A DNA stretch of 64,000 nucleotides from an uncultured bacterium (GTDB taxonomy: Bacteria; Babelota; Babeliae; Babelales; JABCYS01). The notes under the pieces are model-generated. The model worked only from the letters and a program-made list of their open reading frames with translations, was not told the DNA's origin and ran no database searches. Positions 8,007-15,372 of this stretch are shown one piece after another; position 1 is the first letter of the stretch, and every line of letters begins with the position of its first letter. The DNA lies in the NCBI GenBank assembly GCA_963705705.1, contig CAVPKK010000004.1, forward strand, positions 24,112 to 88,111, read 5' to 3'. The translations under genes and the position numbers were made by a program.

Positions 8007-11000
8007 ATGACCGGGATTTTATCTACCCGCAAACCACTATTTTGGTTTATTGCCGTATCATTTTCAGTCGCAGGCATTTGGTTTGCTATCAAAAATTACA
8101 GTGTTGCCTTTCCCATCGCACAAGTTGATATCAAATTTTCGCGCAAAGAAGCAATCGAAGAAGCAAAAAAGATTTGTGAAAAGTTTCATCTCGGGCCACA
8201 AGAGAAGCACCGGCATGCAGCATCCTTTGAAACTGATTCTGCAACACAGTTGTATGTAGAACTCGAAGCCGGTGGCAGTACAGCCTTTAACCAAATAGTA
8301 ACCGGCACACTCTTTTCGCCTTATACATGGCAAGTTCGCCATTTCGTTGAAAATGATCCGCATGAAGTTACTGTATTATTAAAACCGGATGGCGCGCATT
8401 ATGGTTTTATTGAGAAAGTTTCTGAGAATATGCCAGGGCCTGCGTTGCCGGTCGAAGAGGCTAAGGAATTGGCTGAAGCGGCGACTAAACAATGGCTGGT
8501 AGGCGAAGCTTACCACCTTGTCGAATCATCAAAAGAGCAGCGGCCCAATGGGCGCGTAGATCATACCTTCACCTATGAATTGCCAGAGAAAATTGGTGAA
8601 GGAAGGTATCGTTATCAAATCGTAGTCAGTGGCGATAAAGTCACAACCGTTAAACCATCCGTCAAAGTACCCGAAAGTTTTTTCAAGCATTACAGTGCAT
8701 TACGATCGGGCAATCTTACAATTCGCCAGATTGCCGTTGTTTTGGTACTGCTCCTCTACTTAATCATCGGCTGTTATGGTGGCTTATTCTTTTTGCTGCG
8801 GCGCAGAGAAGTAATTTGGAAACAGCCAATTTTCTGGGCATTTATCATCGCTGGGGTTTGTGCGCTTGATGAGCTTAATGGGCTGCCGCTTGCATGGATG
8901 AAATATGATACTGCTACCTCAGTAAATAACTTCTTATTCATACAATTCACCAGCATAGTTTCATCATTTATTCAAACCTTCTTAGTTACCTTGCTCGTGG
9001 CAATTATAGTCGCTGAAGGATTCACACGGCTTGCATTCGGTGACAAGGTTCAGCTGTGGCGCGTCTGGTCGAAAAATGTTGCCGCAAGTCCGACAATCTT
9101 AGGCCAAACCATTGGTGGCTATCTATTAACCGGTACCGAAGTTGGATTCTCGATGGTTTTGTTTTACATCATCGCCCGGAATTATTTTGGTTGGTGGGTA
9201 CCATCGCAAACATTGGCAGACCCCAACGTGCTTGCCCGTTATGTACCGTGGTTACACCCTATTGCTGCGTCGCTGCATGCTGGTTTTTGGGAAGAATGTT
9301 TGTTCCGTGCAGTCCCATTAGGTGGCGCTGCATTATTAGGTGAACGGTTCGGTAAACGGAATCTATTCATTGCCATTGGCATGGTTGTACAAATACTAAT
9401 TTTTGGCGCCGGCCATGCCCATTATCCTGCCGAACCAGCAATTGCGCGTGTTATTGAGTTGATCATTCCTTCATTCATTTTCGGCGTACTATATTTACTA
9501 TATGGGCTCTTGCCAATTATCATTGCCCACTACACCTATGATGCCGCATTAATCGGCCTACCTATATTTATTTCGCATGCGCATGGCGGGATGATAGACA
9601 AGGTGATGGTTGTAATCGTCAGCTTAATTCCGCTCTGGATTATTTTATATCGTCTTATACAACAAGGCGGTTGGCGCACTGTGCCTTCCAATGCATACAA
9701 TAAGGCGTATGTACCATCCGAACACGAAGCAAAACAAGCGCACATCCCGTTATCCACGCATTCAGCATTATTGGATCGACTCGGCGCAAAAAAAGTTATC
9801 GCTTCAACTACTATCTGCTTTATTGGTGCTGTGGCTGCCTGGGGCTTCCTGACCAGATTTAATCATGATGAAACGCGCTTGCATCTGGACAGAGAAAAAG
9901 CAATTGCAATTGCGCAACAAGAGCTTGCCAAGCATAACGTTGATATTCAACAATGGCATGCTCTTTCGAACGTCAGTGGCGAACCCAAGCAACAAGATCG
10001 CTATATATGGCAAGAATTCTGCCGGCCATTGTACCGTGAGTTAATGCATGACTTTTATTTGCAACCACCGTGTTGGGAAATACGTTTTGCTACATGGCAG
10101 GGAAAATTAGCCGATCGTGCAGAAGAATATCATGTAAACATTGCACGAGATGGTACGGTTGTGCGGTACGAGCATAAGCTGCCGCAGCACAAGCCAGGTT
10201 TGTCATTAACAGAACATGAAGCGAGGGATGTTGCACATAAGGCTCTTTCGGCGGATGGATTTGATGTCGCAACCCTTAACGAAATGGGAGCTGTTGCCGA
10301 AAAGCAACCGGAACGCACCGATTGGAAACTCACCTTTGAGTTAAAGCCTGAAGCACTATCGATGCCTTCATGCAAATCTACTCCACCAGATAATAAACCA
10401 ACAAACCCAAGATTACGCATCGATGTCAAAATAAGCGGCGATAAAGTAACTGAAATTAAACGCTATGTGTATGTGCCGGAACAATGGTCGCGCGCAGATA
10501 AAGATAACAAGCAACTGCGGAAGGGCATCAAACATCTTATTACCTTATTTGGCTATGTTCTTATTGGCCTCGCTGCTTTATACGCGTTCATTACATTCCA
10601 ATGGACTGGCAAAGTTTTATTGTTAACGGTCTTAGGACTTCTTGCACTCGGATTATTTAGCGTCGTCAACATATATGACATGTTGGCATTTAAGCTAGAA
10701 ACGAGCCAATCCATTGCAGCACAACTGTTCCGGATGTTTAGCTTACTAACAGTGTTGACCATGTTCTTGGTTGGCATGCAGGCATTAGTCGCTGCTTGGT
10801 TGTATAAAATGACACATCTAAAAGAGAAAATCCGATTGTCAGCACTATCTTTGTCGATTGCCTTAGGCGCTACATGCGCGGCACTTCTTTCATGGATGGA
10901 CCGTATTTCTAGCTGCTGCGCTCCCGCATGGGCTCACTATCAAACCGCAGGGCTTGTTTTCCCGTTGCTTGGTACTGCAGTTTCTGTAATTGATCTATTT

Positions 11001-11402
11001 ATTAGTATCCTCATCAAACTCCTGGCTTGGGGATTGATGTGCAATGCAATCTGGTATTATGTTGGTGGACATAAACGTACTGTTTGGGCAAACACAGCAA
11101 TTATCTTACTCACTATGCTTACCGCACACATTATCGCGGAGCCGGCCTTAGAGCATGATATTCATGGTTGGGTGATTGGCAGCATCGGATTTAGCATTAT
11201 TCTAATCGTTGGTTATTACCTACTATATAGATTTGACCTGCGATTATTGATACCAACCGCAACAACCTATGTTATTATTTCGCAACTCAAGCAATTGATA
11301 CTGCATGCCTTCCCTGGCGCTTGGTTGGGAGCAGCGGCTGGATTGGTTATGGTAGCACTTCTAGCTTGGGGCTGTGTTTACCTCCTGCGAAAAAGAGAGT
11401 AA
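8007..11402 (+). CDS. large polytopic membrane protein with a central CPBP (CAAX/Abi) intramembrane glutamic protease domain and PepSY-like extracytoplasmic repeats
   Basis: 1131 aa, AGGAG RBS. CPBP motifs FWEECLFRAVPL (EExxxR), IFGAGHAHY (FxxxH) and IIAHYTYDAAL (HxxxD). Two soluble regions look like PepSY (FSRKEAIEEAKKI..., LDREKAIAIAQQEL...). Many TM helices on both sides. Confidence 0.7.
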   Translation: MTGILSTRKPLFWFIAVSFSVAGIWFAIKNYSVAFPIAQVDIKFSRKEAIEEAKKICEKFHLGPQEKHRHAASFETDSATQLYVELEAGGSTAFNQIVTGTLFSPYTWQVRHFVENDPHEVTVLLKPDGAHYGFIEKVSENMPGPALPVEEAKELAEAATKQWLVGEAYHLVESSKEQRPNGRVDHTFTYELPEKIGEGRYRYQIVVSGDKVTTVKPSVKVPESFFKHYSALRSGNLTIRQIAVVLVLLLYLIIGCYGGLFFLLRRREVIWKQPIFWAFIIAGVCALDELNGLPLAWMKYDTATSVNNFLFIQFTSIVSSFIQTFLVTLLVAIIVAEGFTRLAFGDKVQLWRVWSKNVAASPTILGQTIGGYLLTGTEVGFSMVLFYIIARNYFGWWVPSQTLADPNVLARYVPWLHPIAASLHAGFWEECLFRAVPLGGAALLGERFGKRNLFIAIGMVVQILIFGAGHAHYPAEPAIARVIELIIPSFIFGVLYLLYGLLPIIIAHYTYDAALIGLPIFISHAHGGMIDKVMVVIVSLIPLWIILYRLIQQGGWRTVPSNAYNKAYVPSEHEAKQAHIPLSTHSALLDRLGAKKVIASTTICFIGAVAAWGFLTRFNHDETRLHLDREKAIAIAQQELAKHNVDIQQWHALSNVSGEPKQQDRYIWQEFCRPLYRELMHDFYLQPPCWEIRFATWQGKLADRAEEYHVNIARDGTVVRYEHKLPQHKPGLSLTEHEARDVAHKALSADGFDVATLNEMGAVAEKQPERTDWKLTFELKPEALSMPSCKSTPPDNKPTNPRLRIDVKISGDKVTEIKRYVYVPEQWSRADKDNKQLRKGIKHLITLFGYVLIGLAALYAFITFQWTGKVLLLTVLGLLALGLFSVVNIYDMLAFKLETSQSIAAQLFRMFSLLTVLTMFLVGMQALVAAWLYKMTHLKEKIRLSALSLSIALGATCAALLSWMDRISSCCAPAWAHYQTAGLVFPLLGTAVSVIDLFISILIKLLAWGLMCNAIWYYVGGHKRTVWANTAIILLTMLTAHIIAEPALEHDIHGWVIGSIGFSIILIVGYYLLYRFDLRLLIPTATTYVIISQLKQLILHAFPGAWLGAAAGLVMVALLAWGCVYLLRKRE

Positions 11403-11502
11403 TATCTTGGCGATTTGGTGGCTGCGCCACCTAAACTTTGCGTCGCTTGCTTGGTGCTTTAGCCCAACCTCGCGCCGCTGAGTTGTATACGAAGTCAAAG
11501 CA

Positions 11503-11530
11503 GGGAAGCACTCGCTTCCTTGTTTGTTCT
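11503..11530 (+). terminator. candidate intrinsic terminator after the CPBP gene
   Basis: GGAAGC-ACTC-GCTTCC hairpin followed by TTGTTTGTTCT. Confidence 0.45.
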
Positions 11531-11561
11531 CTACCAACCAATTCCTTGAGGGCCGTTTTTT

Positions 11562-12959
11562 ATGGTTATTTCGTTTTTCCAGATGATCACCCGTCCCATG
11601 TTTGGCTCGTTCGAACGCGAAGAGTACAAAAAGTTTTTACGGATGGGATTAATCTTTACCACCCTCATTGGTTCATACTGGACCATGCGCCCGCTCAAAG
11701 ATGCAATTTTTTCCGAGCTCGTTGGTGCTGCAGCAATTCCCTGGGCTAAAACGGCATCTCTCATAATCCTCATCCCAACCGTAATGTTTTATACCCGGTT
11801 ATTGGATAAATATTCCCGCGAAAAAATGTTCTATATCCTCTCAGCATTTTACGGGATCACCCTGCTACTTTTTGCACTCGTATTTATTTCACCAATCGGT
11901 CTTGGCAGTGCTGAAGAAATAGCAGCACGTTCAGGCGCTGTAGCTATTCTTGATGATGCACTTGGCTATTTGTGGTATGTCTACGTAGAAAGCTTTGGTT
12001 CTCTGATCATTGCGCTTTTCTGGGCAATCGCATCTGACACAACAATGCCAGAATCAGCTAAAAAAGGGTTTCCTTTTGTAGTCTGCTTAGGCCAAATCGG
12101 CGGTATTGTTGGACCACGTTATCTTTCTCGCCTACCTCGTTATCTAAACTTTGAGACTAGTGCATTAACAGTTGCCATTGTTGGCTGCTTTGTACTTTTG
12201 GTAAGCGCATTCTTTACCTATTTCCTTAAAGCAACTCCTGCGCATCTACTTACCTCTTTCCATGGTAAAAACGAAGCTACAGAGAAAAAAGAACAAGAAC
12301 CTGGCTTCCTTGAAGGTCTCAAGTTAGTGCTCGCACACAACTATTTGATCAGCATGTTTGCTGTTTACTTCTTCTACGAGTTCATCGTTACCATTTTTGA
12401 CTTGCACTTTAAATTTGCAGCTGCATCACAATACAAAGGTCTTGCACTTGCAGAGTATCTTTCACACTACGGCTCAATGGTAAACACCGTAGCACTCCTT
12501 TGCTTATTGCTTGGTGTAAGTAACATTACTCGTTATCTTGGCATCACAATCGCATTGGTCATTCTGCCTATCATCATCTTCGGTGCACTGATTGGCTTTA
12601 ACATTATCAGCCACTTGGAATTCTTATTCTGGCTCATGGTAGGCTCTAAGGCTATCAACTATGCACTTAATGGTCCGACCATGAAGCAACTATACATTCC
12701 AACTACGCATGATGTTCGCTTCAAGTCATCTGCTTGGATCGAAACATTCGGCTCTCGCGCTTCTAAAGAAGGCGGATCACTATTCAACATGCTGCTTGGT
12801 CCATTGACCACCAAGTATGGCGTAGTTGCCGGCCGTGCGATGCACGCGATGTGGGCATCATATGTAGGCTACGCAATGGTTGCCGTTTGGGTATTCATTG
12901 CCGCATTCTTGGGCAAAACTTACAACCGCGCTATCGAAGAGAAACGCGTAGTCTGCTAA
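11562..12959 (+). CDS. nucleotide transporter, Tlc/NTT (ATP:ADP antiporter) family, paralog 1
   Basis: 465 aa, polytopic. YWTMRPLKDAIF and WYVYVESFGSLIIALFWAIASDTTMPESAKKGFPF match the Tlc/NTT signature (E.WGS...LFW.FAN.IT..EAKRFYP). The start could instead be the ATG at 11583. Confidence 0.8.
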   Translation: MVISFFQMITRPMFGSFEREEYKKFLRMGLIFTTLIGSYWTMRPLKDAIFSELVGAAAIPWAKTASLIILIPTVMFYTRLLDKYSREKMFYILSAFYGITLLLFALVFISPIGLGSAEEIAARSGAVAILDDALGYLWYVYVESFGSLIIALFWAIASDTTMPESAKKGFPFVVCLGQIGGIVGPRYLSRLPRYLNFETSALTVAIVGCFVLLVSAFFTYFLKATPAHLLTSFHGKNEATEKKEQEPGFLEGLKLVLAHNYLISMFAVYFFYEFIVTIFDLHFKFAAASQYKGLALAEYLSHYGSMVNTVALLCLLLGVSNITRYLGITIALVILPIIIFGALIGFNIISHLEFLFWLMVGSKAINYALNGPTMKQLYIPTTHDVRFKSSAWIETFGSRASKEGGSLFNMLLGPLTTKYGVVAGRAMHAMWASYVGYAMVAVWVFIAAFLGKTYNRAIEEKRVVC

Positions 12960-13020
12960 CCAGGGCTTGCCCTGGACCCGTGGAGCAATTATTCTCTACG
13001 TAGGCAGTTTTACAGATTAG

Positions 13021-13050
13021 GCCGGGAGAACATCCCGGCCTTCTTCTTTG
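13021..13050 (+). terminator. intrinsic terminator after NTT paralog 1
   Basis: GCCGGGA-GAACA-TCCCGGC hairpin followed by CTTCTTCTTT. Confidence 0.55.
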
Positions 13051-13192
13051 ATCAAATTTTTTGTTTCACAGTTATTTTTATATATTCATCTCATTATCTT
13101 CACGTGAATGATAACGCGCTCATCCTGCATGTCCGCCAAAGCTCATGGATGTTGTAGAAATTATTATTAGATGCAAGAGGATCGCGCTCATT

Positions 13193-13294
13193 CTGAGGCT
13201 TCGACGAGGCTCAGCCTGTAGTCCTTCGAATAAATTTCCTCGAGTCGAAGAGTTTACTCCTGAGTTTATCGAAGGATCGAAGAATCAAGCGCGC
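13193..13294. repeat. dispersed palindromic repeat, approx 110-bp class
   Basis: CGCGCTCATTCTGAGG...TCGAAGGATCGAAGAATCAAGCGCGC. Homologous to the reverse complement of 3672..3781. Partial extra copies at about 13115-13135 and 13311-13338. Confidence 0.7.
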
Positions 13295-13402
13295 AAAACA
13301 ACGGCATCGGCGGAAGTTGATCGAAGGATCAGAGCGCGAAGCTGGCCCTATCAAATCAGCGACTAAGAAAAAAATAAATAATCATACCTTAAAGGATAAA
13401 TC

Positions 13403-13825
13403 ATGATTTGGATTTTATATGGCTTACTTTCCGCCTTCGCCGCCGCGCTCGTAGCCCTATTCGGCAAATTGGGATTAAAAGGATTTGATTCAGTACTTGC
13501 GACCACCCTTCGTTCGGGCATTCAGCTACTCAGCATGCTTTTTTTTAGCGGTATTCTGCATCGGTTTGATCTTACAAAAATTATGGCTCTATCTGGCCGG
13601 GATTGGTTCTGGATCGCAGCCTCAGGTTTTGCAGGGGCATTATCCTGGCTGTTTTATTTTAGTGGTCTTGCAATCGGGCCGATGAATAAGATGGTGGCAC
13701 TTGATCGTTTGAGTTTGGTATTCGCCATTATCTTAAGCGCAGTTGTACTTGGTGAGAAAATCACCGCATGGACAATAATAGGAACTGCATTAATGGTCGT
13801 CGGTTCGTTCTTAATTGTTAAATAA
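13403..13825 (+). CDS. small DMT-superfamily (EamA-like) membrane transporter
   Basis: 140 aa with 4-5 TM helices. FGKLGLKGFDSVLATTLRS and the C-terminal VLGEKITAWTIIGTALMVVG are typical of single EamA-domain proteins. Confidence 0.6.
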   Translation: MIWILYGLLSAFAAALVALFGKLGLKGFDSVLATTLRSGIQLLSMLFFSGILHRFDLTKIMALSGRDWFWIAASGFAGALSWLFYFSGLAIGPMNKMVALDRLSLVFAIILSAVVLGEKITAWTIIGTALMVVGSFLIVK

Positions 13826-13829
13826 AAAA

Positions 13830-13867
13830 GCATGGTCTTTGAACCAAATTTGATTCAAAGACCATGC
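13830..13867. terminator. bidirectional hairpin terminator between convergent genes
   Basis: Perfect 14-bp stem GCATGGTCTTTGAA / TTCAAAGACCATGC, flanked by an A-run upstream (a T-run on the opposite strand). Confidence 0.65.
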
Positions 13868-13891
13868 TTACTATTAAAAAACTAATTAGTC

Positions 13892-15103
13892 CTATATTGC
13901 AGGGGCACTTGTATTCGTAGTATCAGCTATTGGGGCGAAGATCGGTGGCTTAGTTCCACCATAATTGTTTAATAAACCATACGGTGAACCATTATTAAAG
14001 GCAATGTTATTGGCAAAAAGCGCAGTTGCAGCAGGCGAAATATAAGCAGCATAGTTTTCGAATCCATAGCCAGCGTTATAATATGCATTACAATTTTGTA
14101 TCACAGCATTCGCATCTGGAGCGTCTGCTGTACCAATCAGGAAACCACTATTTGCGTTGAAGATTGCAGAACAGTTATTTATAAAACTCGATGAGCCTTC
14201 AGCACACACAAAACCATAAGAATTATTATTTGCTGAACAATGATCAATATAAACACCCGGAGCATCAATAAATATTCCAGCGTTCGCACAGTTTGTTACA
14301 ACAACATCTCGAATTGATATTTGTGCCGTTGACCCTTCGATAAGAATGCCAAATGCCGGGGCATTTTGAACAATACCATTCTTTACTGTCACATCATTCG
14401 CACTAAATACAACGATTCCATCGTTACCGCCGGCCACGGTCAGAGTGTTACCATTCAGATTAAACAAAACTTGGTTGCTTGAAATAGTAATTGGAGCCGT
14501 AATAGTTGCATTTCCACACAATATATAGGTACCCGGTACAGTAATCAGGTATCCACCTGCAACATCGGCCGGCGTAAGATAGAAAATATCGCAGCTTGGA
14601 ACGCAAGAAGAACAAGCTAGAAGATTTCCTAGCACAGAGAACGTGCCATTAAAGTCTTGAACTAGCTCAGTTTTGATATCTATAAGTTCACTGAATGTGC
14701 CGTTGAAGTCATCAATAATTAGTGCTTCGAGGTCTGCTAAAACTGAGAATGTGCCATTAAAATCTGCAACGAGTGTTGCCTCAATAGCAGCAAGCATCGT
14801 GTAAGCACCACTAAGATCACAAGATCCGGAAGCACATGGGCAAGCTAAAAGGGCCTCAAGCATTGAGAATGTGCCATTGAAATCATTAACAACAAGAACT
14901 TCAAGACTATCCAAATCAGATTGGATTGATTCTAGCATTGAGAAAGTACCATTGAAATCCGCTTCGAGTTCTGCACAACAATTAGGACGCAGACAACTTC
15001 TTTCAGCCATATCCCCGCTCATATCCATTGCGGATACATATTCCGGTGCGGCCAGCGCGCCAATACACAGAGCGGCCATTAGGGTTTGTTTAAACGACAT
15101 CAT
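13892..15103 (-). CDS. secreted DFNGTFS-repeat protein with C-terminal right-handed parallel beta-helix domain (paralog A)
   Basis: The start is moved to ATGATG at 15103 (AGGAG RBS; matches the paralog N-terminus MMSFKQTL). Signal peptide, 5 canonical DFNGTFS repeats, Cys clusters (ACPCASGSCD), then PbH1-like repeats (NCANAGIFID, HCSANNNSYGF, NNCSAIFNANSGF, NCNAYYNAGYGF). Confidence 0.75.
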   Translation of the reverse strand: MMSFKQTLMAALCIGALAAPEYVSAMDMSGDMAERSCLRPNCCAELEADFNGTFSMLESIQSDLDSLEVLVVNDFNGTFSMLEALLACPCASGSCDLSGAYTMLAAIEATLVADFNGTFSVLADLEALIIDDFNGTFSELIDIKTELVQDFNGTFSVLGNLLACSSCVPSCDIFYLTPADVAGGYLITVPGTYILCGNATITAPITISSNQVLFNLNGNTLTVAGGNDGIVVFSANDVTVKNGIVQNAPAFGILIEGSTAQISIRDVVVTNCANAGIFIDAPGVYIDHCSANNNSYGFVCAEGSSSFINNCSAIFNANSGFLIGTADAPDANAVIQNCNAYYNAGYGFENYAAYISPAATALFANNIAFNNGSPYGLLNNYGGTKPPIFAPIADTTNTSAPAI

Positions 15104-15310
15104 TAGAAACTCCTTTTTCCCGATTGATACAAACAACAAGCGCTATCCCGAGTATCAATCACTTCTCGAGATGGCACATACCTTTCAGCGATACAAGTTA
15201 AGATTAACTATGGCTCAGAATGAATGGCAAGCGATGATATCAAAATGAGACGATACCGCTTTACACAAAAAGCTTTTTGGCGACACTCAGTCTAATCTTG
15301 TTTTGAGACA

Positions 15311-15355
15311 AAAAACGAGAGGGACAGTGGCGTTAACCAAGTCCCTCTGTTTTTA
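15311..15355 (-). terminator. intrinsic terminator of paralog B
   Basis: GAGAGGGAC ... GTCCCTCT stem. On the minus strand it is followed by a T-run (complement of AAAAAC at 15311-15316). Confidence 0.6.
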
Positions 15356-15372
15356 AGAATATGAATTTAGGA

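Noticed and set aside
13145-13366. 73-aa plus-strand ORF between the NTT gene and the EamA gene
   Set aside because: It is encoded by the 110-bp repeat copy (13193-13294) plus a partial copy, so it is an artefact of repeat sequence that happens to be open.
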